Positions 28,252-37,076 of a stretch of 64,000 nucleotides of DNA are shown here, piece by piece. The notes beneath the pieces were generated by a model that was given only the letters and a program-made list of their open reading frames with translations, had not been told where the DNA came from and did not search any database. Position numbers and translations under genes: made by a program. The stretch comes from Longimicrobiales bacterium (lineage in GTDB: Bacteria; Gemmatimonadota; Gemmatimonadetes; Longimicrobiales; Gaopeijiaceae). Numbering within the stretch: the first letter of the stretch is position 1; each line of letters starts with the position of its first letter. The stretch spans positions 608,001-672,000 of the forward strand of contig JAWLHJ010000001.1 in assembly GCA_041690395.1 (NCBI GenBank), written 5' to 3'.

Positions 28252-30859
28252 CCGTTTCCGGAGGCTCTCCTCGGCGTTCGACGCGGTCGTCGACCTTCCG
28301 CCCGACGAGCGGGAGGAGGCCATCTCGCGCTGCTGCGCGGGCGATGTCGAGCTCGAGGAGGAGCTCCGCGCGCTCCTGACGGTCGATGCGGAGCGCGGCT
28401 CCGAAGACGTGATCGCGGGCGCCGTGCAGGGAGAGGCCCGTGCCCTCGACGCTCCCGACGTCCGAGGGACCAGGCTCGGCTCGTGGCGACTGCTCCGTTC
28501 CATCGGGGAGGGTGGCATGGGGACAGTCTACCTCGCCGAGCGAGCGGACGGCGCCTATGATGCGCAGGCTGCGGTCAAGCTGGTGCGTGGAGGGCTGCCC
28601 AGTCCCGTGATGTCCGAGCGGTTCCGGTCCGAGCGGCAGATTCTGGCGGGCCTCGCGCACCCGGGCATAGCCCGGCTCGTCGATGGAGGCAGCACGACCG
28701 ACGGGACGCCGTACCTCGTCATGGAATACGTGGACGGGATCCCCCTCACCGATTGGTGTGAGACTCGTGATCTCGCGGTCGAGGCGCGTCTCCGGCTGTT
28801 CCTGTCCGTCTGCGACGCCGTGACCTACGCCCACGCCAACCTGGTGGCGCACAGAGATCTGAAGCCGGGCAACATCCTGGTGGACCGGGAGGGCTTCCCC
28901 AAGCTGCTGGACTTCGGCATCGCCAGGCTCGTGGACACCGTGGTGGAAGGCTCGGAGCGTGTCACCCGCAGCCATGGGCTACTCACCCCCGCCTACGCGA
29001 GCCCGGAGCAGATCCTCGGGCGGAGGGCCGGCGTGGCCGCCGACGTCTACTCCCTGGGCGTCGTCCTGTACGAGCTGCTGACGGGACGTCTGCCCATCGA
29101 CACCCGCGGCCTGACGCCCGCCCAGCTTGCGGCGAGGATCACGGAAGAGGTGCCACCCCTGGTCAGCGCGGTCACCCCGGACGCCGTGCGACGGAGCCGG
29201 CTGACCGGGGACCTGGACGCGATCGTCTCCCGGGCGCTCCGGAAGGAGCCGGAAGCGCGCTACGCGTCGGTGGCGGCGTTGGCAGAGGACATCCGGCTCC
29301 ATCTGAGTGGGATGCCCGTGGCGGTGCGCCGCGACGACTGGGCGTACCGGGCTCGCAAGCTGGTCGGACGGAACCGGGGTCTCGTGAGCAGCACCCTGTT
29401 GGTACTCCTTCTGGGCGTCGCCTTCACGGTGAACGCGGTGCTGCAGGCGAGGGCCGTCGCCGCCGAGCGCGACCGGGCCGAGGCGGAAGCCGCCACCGCC
29501 GAGCGGGTCAGCGCGTTCCTGGAGGAGTTGTTCTCGGAGGCCGACCCGAACCAGGCCTCGAGCGCGGACGTGACGGTCCGTGAGATTCTCGACCGTGGCT
29601 CGAGCCGCGTGGCCGCCGCCCTCCAGGCGGAGCCGATGGTCCAGTCCCAGATCGCTCTGGTCATGGGGCGGGTCTATCGGGCGCTGGGCGAGTACGATCC
29701 GGCGGAGACGCTCATCGACTCGGCGCTCGCGGTGCGGGAGCGTGTCGACGGCATCTCCCGGGCGGATCTGGCGGACGCCCTGGTCGAGCGAGCCGGGCTG
29801 GCCTACGAGACGGGCGCTTACGAAGGCGCCGTCGCCTTGCTCGAGCCCGCGCTGGACGCCTATCGCGCGGAGCTCGGCGAGCGTGACGATGTCCGTGTCG
29901 CCAGCGCCCTCGACTGGCTGTCGGCGTCGCTCGGCGAGCTTGGACGGCTGGACGAGGCGGAGGCGCATATGCGCGAAGCCGTCGCGATGTACCGGAGGCT
30001 CGACCCCGAGCCCAACGAGAACCTCGCCAGCGCGCTCGCCAACTTCACGGACCTCCTCAGGTCCCGGGGGAGCTACGCCGAGGCGTTCGAGGTCGGTGCC
30101 GAGGCGCTCGCCATGACCCGCACCGTGTTCGGTCCGGAGCACCTGGAGGTCGCGTACGCGCTGAACCAGCACGCGAGCACGCTCTCTCGCTGGGGACGTC
30201 CCGAGGAGGCGATCCCCTATGTCGAGGAGGGGCTCGCCATACGCCGGGCGGTGTTCGAGGGGCCACACGTGGAGGTCGCTGCGAGCCTGGGCAACCTGGC
30301 CAACATCCTGGCGGGTGTGGGTCGCCTCGAGGAGGCGCTCGAGCCACGTCGTGCTTCGGCGGACATGGTGCGCGAGATCTTCCCCGACGGTCACCCGTAC
30401 GTGGCCGCGACCACGCACAGCCTGGGCGCGCTCCTGTTGCAGATGGGGAGGATCGAGGAGGCCGAGGAGACGCTCGGGGAGGCGCTGGCTCACCACCGGG
30501 CGGCGTTCCCCGCCGAGCACCCCAACCTCGCGTATCCGCTCACGGAATTGGGCCGGCTGTACCACGCTGCGGGGCGGCTGGACGAAGCGCGCACGGTGCT
30601 CGAGGAGGCGTACGCGGCACGCGCCGGCGGGCTACCCGCCGGTCATTGGCACATCGCCGCGTCCGGCCTGGAGTTGGGCCTCACGCTCGACGCGGCGGGC
30701 CGGCGGGACGAGGCGGAGCGACTGCTCACGGAGGCGTACGAGATCCTCAGCGACACGTTCGAGGCCACCGACGAGCGCGTCGTCCGGGCGCGAGAGGCGC
30801 TCGCGGCCCACTTCACCGCGCGTGGTATGCCCGAGCGGGCCGCCGGTCTCGAGGGGTAG
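28232..30859 (+). CDS. Membrane Ser/Thr protein kinase with C-terminal TPR repeats
   Basis: GEGGMGTVY, AVK, HRDLKPGN, DFG, YASPEQ, DVYSLG; one TM helix; kinesin-light-chain-like TPRs (HLEVAYALN, HVEVAASLGNLA, HPYVA, HPNLA). Confidence 0.93.
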   Translation: MTKGSSDRFRRLSSAFDAVVDLPPDEREEAISRCCAGDVELEEELRALLTVDAERGSEDVIAGAVQGEARALDAPDVRGTRLGSWRLLRSIGEGGMGTVYLAERADGAYDAQAAVKLVRGGLPSPVMSERFRSERQILAGLAHPGIARLVDGGSTTDGTPYLVMEYVDGIPLTDWCETRDLAVEARLRLFLSVCDAVTYAHANLVAHRDLKPGNILVDREGFPKLLDFGIARLVDTVVEGSERVTRSHGLLTPAYASPEQILGRRAGVAADVYSLGVVLYELLTGRLPIDTRGLTPAQLAARITEEVPPLVSAVTPDAVRRSRLTGDLDAIVSRALRKEPEARYASVAALAEDIRLHLSGMPVAVRRDDWAYRARKLVGRNRGLVSSTLLVLLLGVAFTVNAVLQARAVAAERDRAEAEAATAERVSAFLEELFSEADPNQASSADVTVREILDRGSSRVAAALQAEPMVQSQIALVMGRVYRALGEYDPAETLIDSALAVRERVDGISRADLADALVERAGLAYETGAYEGAVALLEPALDAYRAELGERDDVRVASALDWLSASLGELGRLDEAEAHMREAVAMYRRLDPEPNENLASALANFTDLLRSRGSYAEAFEVGAEALAMTRTVFGPEHLEVAYALNQHASTLSRWGRPEEAIPYVEEGLAIRRAVFEGPHVEVAASLGNLANILAGVGRLEEALEPRRASADMVREIFPDGHPYVAATTHSLGALLLQMGRIEEAEETLGEALAHHRAAFPAEHPNLAYPLTELGRLYHAAGRLDEARTVLEEAYAARAGGLPAGHWHIAASGLELGLTLDAAGRRDEAERLLTEAYEILSDTFEATDERVVRAREALAAHFTARGMPERAAGLEG

Positions 30860-30882
30860 GGCTTGTTCGGACCATCACCGCC

Positions 30883-31263
30883 TCAAGTCGGGAAGGACAG
30901 CGCGGCGGCGATCTCCTTCTGGCGACCGTCGAGCGTCAGGAACGGGACGTCCCGAGGGGACTCGGCGGCGTAAAGCGCGCACGCGAGGTGCTGCAGGTCC
31001 GCCCCGCGCACGTATCCGATGGCCAGGATCCGCTCGATTTCCGCCGAGAGACGTCGATCCGGAAGGATCCAGGAGATGGTCCGGAGGAAGCGTTCCCCAT
31101 CAGGGACGTCTTCCCGGGCGAGCGTGGACCGGAACTCGGCCTCGAGGAGGGTCGACGAGAGGAGCACGTCGAAGGTCCGTAGGCGGGCGGCGATCTCGTC
31201 CGCGCCGCGCTCGCCGAAGGCCAGGGCCACGAGGCACGAGGTATCGAGGTAGCAGGCCTTCAT
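30883..31263 (-). CDS. PIN domain toxin (VapC-like)
   Basis: YLDTS, LLEAE, RGADLQHLA, FLTLD acidic PIN pattern; ATGA overlap with the antitoxin stop. Confidence 0.85.
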   Translation of the reverse strand: MKACYLDTSCLVALAFGERGADEIAARLRTFDVLLSSTLLEAEFRSTLAREDVPDGERFLRTISWILPDRRLSAEIERILAIGYVRGADLQHLACALYAAESPRDVPFLTLDGRQKEIAAALSFPT

Positions 31264-31541
31264 CCGTGACGGTCATCGAGGAAGCGCGCGAGCGCGCCGG
31301 GGCGGCGGACGAGGGGCTGGGGGAGGTCCCCGCCACGGTCTCCGTCCAACAGGGAGCCGCGGCTCCGCAGCCACTCCAGCCGGGCGGCGGTTCCTCCCTT
31401 CGGATCGAGGGGGCGGATCTCGGCGACCGGCTCCCCCTGATAGGTCACGATTACGGAGCGGCCCTCACGGACCAACCGCATGACCTCGGAGAAGCGGGTC
31501 TTTGCTTCGTACGTGGAGTAGACGCGCTCGTCAGGAGACAT
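31260..31541 (-). CDS. Phd/YefM family antitoxin
   Basis: STYEAKTRFSEVMRLVREGRSVIVTYQGEPVAEIRP. Confidence 0.9.
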   Translation of the reverse strand: MSPDERVYSTYEAKTRFSEVMRLVREGRSVIVTYQGEPVAEIRPLDPKGGTAARLEWLRSRGSLLDGDRGGDLPQPLVRRPGALARFLDDRHG

Positions 31542-31546
31542 GCCGG

Positions 31547-31575
31547 AGATTATCGAGACTGGTCAGACTGGTCAA
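31547..31575 (-). promoter_or_regulatory. Sigma70-type promoter with tandem-repeat operator of the TA operon
   Basis: Minus strand TTGACC-N17-TAATCT ending 5 nt before the ATG; perfect tandem 9-mer AGACTGGTC x2 (31556-31573). Confidence 0.65.
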
Positions 31576-31610
31576 TGCGCCCCGGGCCGTCCACGCGGAA
31601 CCCTCCTCCC

Positions 31611-32666
31611 TCACCGGAACCCCGCAAGCACCTCCTCCAACCGCTCGCTCCCCGGGCACAGCTCCTCGAACGGCACGTCCACCAGGTTGCCCGGGACCGT
31701 GCCGAGCGTGTCGACGTGGTCCGGAGCGTCCGCGTCCACGTACAGGAGGCCGGTCGGGATCTCGCCCTCGGCCTGCCGGGCGCGAACGTACGCGTAGACC
31801 GCGTCACGGTCCTCGGGGTCGTAGTCGTCCGGCACCTTCCGGAAGCGCACCGAGCTCCCGTCGGGGAGCTTCACCTCACGCGCCGATCCTGGCTCGTATG
31901 CGGCGGTGATCTCCGCCATGGGTAGCACGAGATCCGCGTCGACGGCCGCCTCCAGATGGTCGCGCGTGTACCTGTAGCTCTTGGTCGAGCCCTCGTGGTC
32001 GTTGAACGCGACGCAGGGCGACACCACGTCGACGAAGGCGAAGCCCTTGTGGCGGATTCCGGCGTCGAGAATGGGCACGAGCTGGGCCTTGTCGCCCGAG
32101 AAGCTCCGCGCGACGAAGGTGGCGCCGAGCCCGAGCGCCAGCAGCACGGGGTCGATGGGCGGCTGCCGGTTCACCTGCCCACGCTTCGCCTTCGTCCCGA
32201 TATCCGCGGACGCGGAGAACTGTCCCTTGGTGAGCCCGTACACGCCGTTGTTTTCCAGGACGTAGAGCATGTCCACGTTCCGCCGGATGACGTGGCAGAG
32301 CTGCCCGAGCCCGATCGCGAGCGAGTCCCCGTCTCCGGAAACCCCGATGTAGGTGAGGTCGGAGTGCGCGGCCTGGGCGCCGGTCGCGATGGACGGCATG
32401 CGCCCGTGCACCGAGTTGAAGCCGTGGGCCTGCCCCATGAAGTACGTGGGCGTCTTCGACGAGCACCCGATGCCGCTCAGCTTCGCGACCCGGTACGGCT
32501 CGAGGCCCATCCCCCACGCGGCCTGGATGATGGCGGCCGTGATGGAGTCGTGCCCGCATCCGGCGCAGAGCGTCGACATCGAGCCCTCGTAATCCCTGCG
32601 CGTCAGCCCGATGGCGTTCGTGGCCAGGCTCGGGTGCCGTACCCTGGGCTTGGTGATGTGCGTCAT
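31611..32666 (-). CDS. korB: 2-oxoacid:ferredoxin/acceptor oxidoreductase beta subunit
   Basis: LCAGCGH, SGIGCSSK, HGR, SGDGD, NNGVYGLTKGQFS, SPCV.FN (TPP binding). Substrate assignment is inference. Confidence 0.9.
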   Translation of the reverse strand: MTHITKPRVRHPSLATNAIGLTRRDYEGSMSTLCAGCGHDSITAAIIQAAWGMGLEPYRVAKLSGIGCSSKTPTYFMGQAHGFNSVHGRMPSIATGAQAAHSDLTYIGVSGDGDSLAIGLGQLCHVIRRNVDMLYVLENNGVYGLTKGQFSASADIGTKAKRGQVNRQPPIDPVLLALGLGATFVARSFSGDKAQLVPILDAGIRHKGFAFVDVVSPCVAFNDHEGSTKSYRYTRDHLEAAVDADLVLPMAEITAAYEPGSAREVKLPDGSSVRFRKVPDDYDPEDRDAVYAYVRARQAEGEIPTGLLYVDADAPDHVDTLGTVPGNLVDVPFEELCPGSERLEEVLAGFR

Positions 32667-34531
32667 GCGCGCCTCCTCCGGCGGTGTGGCGCCGCCTCTT
32701 CGGTGGACGTCGCGGCTTCGACCGCTCGCTCGACGGCCTCGATCACCTCCTTCGCGCTGAGGGGCATTCCGCCGTAGGAAAGCACCGGCGTCATTCTCGC
32801 CAGCGGGAACTCCGTCTCCAGGGCGAGGAGGGAGCGGAGCTGCGCGTCGCGGTTCTGCTCCACGACGAACAGCCGGTCGTGCGCCAGGAGAAACTCGAGC
32901 ACGTCGGGGCCGAACGGGAAAGCCCGGATCCGCATGACGTCGGCAGCCAGGCCGCGCTCGCCGAGCCGCGCCTGCGTCTCGAGCACGGCCGCCCTGCAGC
33001 CACCGATGGTGACGAGCCCGATCTCGGCGGGATCCGATCCCGGGCCGCCCGCCATGCGCACCTCGGGCTTCGGGAGCCGCTCCACGGAGCCGCCGACTTT
33101 ACGGTCGAGCCGGTCGACCACGTCCTGGTAGGCATCGGCGTCCTCGGTATAGCGTCCGTAGCGGTCGTGTCCCGAGCCGCGCGTGAAGAACGCCCCCTTC
33201 GGATGTGTCCCGGGCACCGTGCGCGCTGCTACCCCGTCGCCGTCCGCGTCCAGATACCGGTAGAACTTGTCCATCCGCTCCAGCTCGTCGGCCGAGAGGA
33301 CCTTGCCGCGGTCCGGTCGGTAGGCGTCGTCCCACCGGATCGCCGGAACGACCCAGTCGTTCATGCCGATGTCCAGGTCCGAAACGACGAACACCGGGGT
33401 CTGGTACCGCTCGGCCAGGTCGAACGCCGCGACGGCCATGTCGAAGCACTCGCCCGGGTGCGCGGGGAAGAGCGCGATGTGCCGGGTGTCGCCGTGTGAG
33501 GCGTAGGCCACCATCATCACGTCGCCCTGCTGCGTCCGCGTCGGCATCCCCGTCGACGGCCCCGTCCGCTGGATGTCGAAGATGACCGCCGGGATCTCGG
33601 CGTAGTACGCGAGGCCGATGAACTCGCTCATGAGCGAGATGCCGGGTCCGCTCGTCGCCGTGAAGGAGCGTGCGCCCACCCACGAGCCACCGATCACCAT
33701 CCCGATCGCGGCGAGCTCGTCCTCGGCCTGGATGATGGCCACGCGGCTCTTCCCGCTCTCCGGGTCCTTCCGGAGCTCGCGGCAGAAGCCGCTGAACGCG
33801 TCGACGAGCGAGGTGGACGGCGTGATGGGATACCAGGCCGCCACCGTCGCGCCGGCATACACGCAGCCCAGTGCCGCCGCGGTGTTGCCGTCGATCAGGA
33901 TGTGGTCCCCGGTCTCGTCCATCGGCTCGAGCCGGAACGGGAGCGGGCAGTCGAAATGCTCCTTCGCGTAGTCGTACCCGATGCGTACCGCCTCGAAGTT
34001 CGAGTCCAGAAGCGCCTTTTTGCGCCCGTAGGTCTCCTGCAGAAGCGTGTCGATCACCTCGAGATCCATGCCGAGGAGAGCGGCCAACACGCCCGAGTAG
34101 GCGATGTTCTTGAGGAGGATGCGGGCCCGGGCGCCGTCGAAGCGCTCGTTGCAGAGTCGGGCGAGGGGGACTTCCAGGAAGGTCACGTCGTCGCGCTGGA
34201 GCTCGTCGGGCAGCGGCCAGGTGGAGTCGTGCAGCACCCATCCACCGGGACGCACCTCGCGGACGTCCTGGGCGTACGTGGCGGGGTTCATCGCGACCAT
34301 CATGTCGAACTCCGCCCGGCGCGCGGTGTGTCCCTCGCCGCTCACCCGGATCTCGTACCAGGTCGGGAGCCCCTGGATGTTCGACGGGAAGAGGTTCTTG
34401 CCCGAAACAGGAATCCCCATGCGGAAGATCGTCTTCATGAGCAGGCCGTTCGCGCTGGCCGAGCCCGTCCCGTTCACCGTGGCGATCTTGAACGCGAAGT
34501 CGTTCACGCCCGCGTCTCTCGCCGAGCTCAC
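32663..34531 (-). CDS. korA: 2-oxoacid:acceptor oxidoreductase alpha subunit (gamma-alpha fusion)
   Basis: FPSNIQG, YPITPS, QAEDELAAIG, ATSGPGISLM, QRTGPSTGMPTR, VEQN. Confidence 0.9.
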   Translation of the reverse strand: MSSARDAGVNDFAFKIATVNGTGSASANGLLMKTIFRMGIPVSGKNLFPSNIQGLPTWYEIRVSGEGHTARRAEFDMMVAMNPATYAQDVREVRPGGWVLHDSTWPLPDELQRDDVTFLEVPLARLCNERFDGARARILLKNIAYSGVLAALLGMDLEVIDTLLQETYGRKKALLDSNFEAVRIGYDYAKEHFDCPLPFRLEPMDETGDHILIDGNTAAALGCVYAGATVAAWYPITPSTSLVDAFSGFCRELRKDPESGKSRVAIIQAEDELAAIGMVIGGSWVGARSFTATSGPGISLMSEFIGLAYYAEIPAVIFDIQRTGPSTGMPTRTQQGDVMMVAYASHGDTRHIALFPAHPGECFDMAVAAFDLAERYQTPVFVVSDLDIGMNDWVVPAIRWDDAYRPDRGKVLSADELERMDKFYRYLDADGDGVAARTVPGTHPKGAFFTRGSGHDRYGRYTEDADAYQDVVDRLDRKVGGSVERLPKPEVRMAGGPGSDPAEIGLVTIGGCRAAVLETQARLGERGLAADVMRIRAFPFGPDVLEFLLAHDRLFVVEQNRDAQLRSLLALETEFPLARMTPVLSYGGMPLSAKEVIEAVERAVEAATSTEEAAPHRRRRRA

Positions 34532-36348
34532 CGACCCACCTCCGCCACCCGCCGGTCCGCGTGCCGCTCACCCGCCGCGAGCCCCGCGTACGGCTTCAGG
34601 AGCTCCGACTTGCGCATGTCCCACGCCGCGGTCGGGCAGCGCTCGGCGCACAATCCGCAGTGGATGCACAGGTTCTCGTCCTTGAACATGAGTCTGCCGG
34701 TATGCGGAAGCGGCCCGGAGGCGAAGAGCGGCTGGTCGAGGTTCTCGGCCGGCGCCGTGAGCCGCGTGCGCACGTCGTCCTCGTCGCCGTCCCAGGTGAT
34801 GGTGAGGCAGTCGAGTGGGCACACGTCGATGCACGCGTCGCACTCGATGCACAGCTTGTCCGTGAAGTGCGTCTGGACGTCGCAGTTCAGGCAGCGCTCG
34901 GCCTCCTGGCAGGCCCGCTCCAGGTCGTAGCCGAGCTCTGCCTCGACCTCCATCGAAGCGAGCCGCTCCTGCAGGTCGGCATACCGCATCTCCTGGCGGT
35001 GCGCCTCGTCGTAGTCGTTGGAGTAGCTCCACTCGTGGAGCCCCATCTTCACGCTGACGAGGTTCTGGCCGTAGGGCGGTCGCTCCTCGACCGGCTCCCC
35101 CTGGCAGTACCGATGGAGGCTGATGGCGGCCTGATGCCCGTGCTCCACCGCCCAGATGATGTTCTCCGGGCCCCACGCGGCGTCGCCCCCGCAGAACACG
35201 CCGGGCCGGGTGGTCTGGAAGGTCTCCTTGTCGACCACCGGCATGTCCCAGTCGTTGAACTCGATGCCGATGTCGCGCTCGATCCAGGGGAAGGCCGCGT
35301 CCTGGCCGATGGCCAGGATCACCTCGTCGCAGGGGATGACCGTAGTGTCGAGCACCTCCTTCTTCAGCCGGCCGCCCCCCTCGGGCTCGTGCCAGCGCAC
35401 GATCTCGAACTCCATGCCGACCAGGCGCCCGTTCTCGGTCACGAACCGGCTCGGCGCGTGGTTCTCGAGGATCTCGATCTCCTCCCCCTCGGCGTCCTCG
35501 AGTTCCCACGGACTCGCCTTGAAGAGCGGGCGTGGCTTACGCGCCATGACCTTCACGCTTCTGCCGCCGATGCGCTTGGCGCTCCGGCAGCAGTCCATGG
35601 CCGTGTTGCCCGCGCCGATGACGAGGACCCGCTCGCCGATCGAGTCGATGTGCTCGAACGCGATCGACTGGAGCCAGTCGATGCCGATGTGGACCTTGTC
35701 CGGATCGTCCCACCGGCCCGGCAGGTCGAGCTCCTTGCCGCGCGGCGCTCCGGTGCCGATGAAGACCGCGTCCCACCCCTCTTCCAGGACGGCGGCCATG
35801 CTCTCGACCGGATGCCCCGTGCGCAGGTCGACGCCCATGTCGAGGATCATGTCGATCTCCTCGTTCAGGACGCGTGGCGGAAGTCGGAACTGCGGGATGT
35901 TGTTCCACATCAGCCCACCCGCGCGCTCGAGCTTCTCGTAGATCGTGACCTCGTAGCCCAGCGGCATCAGGTCGTTGGCCACGGTGAGCGAGGCCGGTCC
36001 CGCGCCGATCAGCAGGACCTTCTTCCCGTTCTTCTTCTCGGGGATGCGGGGCAGCAGCTCCGAGACGTCGCCTCTGAGGTCGGCCGCCACGCGCTTCAGG
36101 CGGCAGATCGCGACGGGCTCTTCGTCGAGTCGGGTCCGGCGGCACGCCGGCTCGCAGGGCCGGTCGCATGTCCGCCCGAGGATCCCCGGAAAGACGTTCG
36201 ACCACCGGTTGAGCATGTACGCCTCGGTGTACCTGCCGAGCGCGATCAGCCGGATGTACTCGGGGACGTTGGTATGCGCCGGGCATGCCCATTGGCAGTC
36301 GACGACGCGGTGGTAATGATGCGGGTCGGAGACGTCTGTGGGGCGCAT
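34528..36348 (-). CDS. GltD-like FAD/NAD(P)H oxidoreductase with C-terminal 2x[4Fe-4S] ferredoxin domain
   Basis: CQWACP, CDRPCEPAC, IGAGPAS, IGAGNTAMD, GGD, RCLNC, CIECDACIDVCP, CIHCGLCAERCP. Confidence 0.9.
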   Translation of the reverse strand: MRPTDVSDPHHYHRVVDCQWACPAHTNVPEYIRLIALGRYTEAYMLNRWSNVFPGILGRTCDRPCEPACRRTRLDEEPVAICRLKRVAADLRGDVSELLPRIPEKKNGKKVLLIGAGPASLTVANDLMPLGYEVTIYEKLERAGGLMWNNIPQFRLPPRVLNEEIDMILDMGVDLRTGHPVESMAAVLEEGWDAVFIGTGAPRGKELDLPGRWDDPDKVHIGIDWLQSIAFEHIDSIGERVLVIGAGNTAMDCCRSAKRIGGRSVKVMARKPRPLFKASPWELEDAEGEEIEILENHAPSRFVTENGRLVGMEFEIVRWHEPEGGGRLKKEVLDTTVIPCDEVILAIGQDAAFPWIERDIGIEFNDWDMPVVDKETFQTTRPGVFCGGDAAWGPENIIWAVEHGHQAAISLHRYCQGEPVEERPPYGQNLVSVKMGLHEWSYSNDYDEAHRQEMRYADLQERLASMEVEAELGYDLERACQEAERCLNCDVQTHFTDKLCIECDACIDVCPLDCLTITWDGDEDDVRTRLTAPAENLDQPLFASGPLPHTGRLMFKDENLCIHCGLCAERCPTAAWDMRKSELLKPYAGLAAGERHADRRVAEVGR

Positions 36349-36400
36349 GGCGAAGCTCGAGGGTGCGGTGCGTGGGGTCGTTCGTCCGGCGGAGTGAAGC

Positions 36401-36736
36401 TCAGGAGGCCGTCGGGGTGTCGGGGTCCTGTTTGCGGGCGGCGCCTTCTTTCACAGCGCGCGCGAGGATGGCGCGGCCGTCGGCCACGGCTCTCTTCTTA
36501 CGCTCGCGCTCGGCCTGGACGGCCTCGGCCAGCAGCTCTTCGGGGGGGAGGGTGGGCAGGGTGAAGAGCGGGCAGAGCCAGCCGGTACAACGGACGCCGT
36601 AGTCGAGACAGGACACGAGCTCGGGAAGACCGTCCGGGGAGGACGCCTCGGCATGCTCGCGGCGGAGCACGGGCACGTTCCGGTCCCGCGCCGAGCAGAA
36701 CGCTCGGGCCAGGCGGATGGTCCCGTCCTTCGTCAT
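36401..36736 (-). CDS. Hypothetical 4-Cys protein
   Basis: RBS GGAGG before ATG 36736; 111 aa with FCSA.DRNV...SCLDYGVRCTGWLCPLF and a charged helical tail. Confidence 0.6.
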   Translation of the reverse strand: MTKDGTIRLARAFCSARDRNVPVLRREHAEASSPDGLPELVSCLDYGVRCTGWLCPLFTLPTLPPEELLAEAVQAERERKKRAVADGRAILARAVKEGAARKQDPDTPTAS

Positions 36737-37076
36737 CGCACGCCTCCGGCACGGAGAAGCCCCGTCCCTTCCGGCGATCGGAAGGGCTGATCGAGGCAAG
36801 CCTTCATGGGCTCCGGGGAGCCCCAACAGTGCGACGTGCGTTCTCGCGGGCCGGGATGTGGGCCGGTGTACGACCCTCAGGCAGCCGCCTCCGCGGGACG
36901 GGTCGGCTCGTGTCGAGCGGCGACCCTCGTACCTCATAGTACGGCGCGGGGCCGGGCGCCGAAAGGGATTCGGCGCCGAGGCCCGACGGGCGCGGGCTCG
37001 CGAGGGCGAGCGGCGGCTCCGGCGCCATCACCGAAGCCGCCGCCGCCGGCGCCTCACGCCGTGGGGTCGTGGGGGC

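Noticed and set aside
30860..31610. TA module as part of a mobile element
   Set aside because: No transposase, integrase, terminal repeats or target duplication seen.
34528..36348. Glutamate synthase small subunit (gltD) call
   Set aside because: No gltB nearby, an extra ferredoxin domain, and coupling to korAB.
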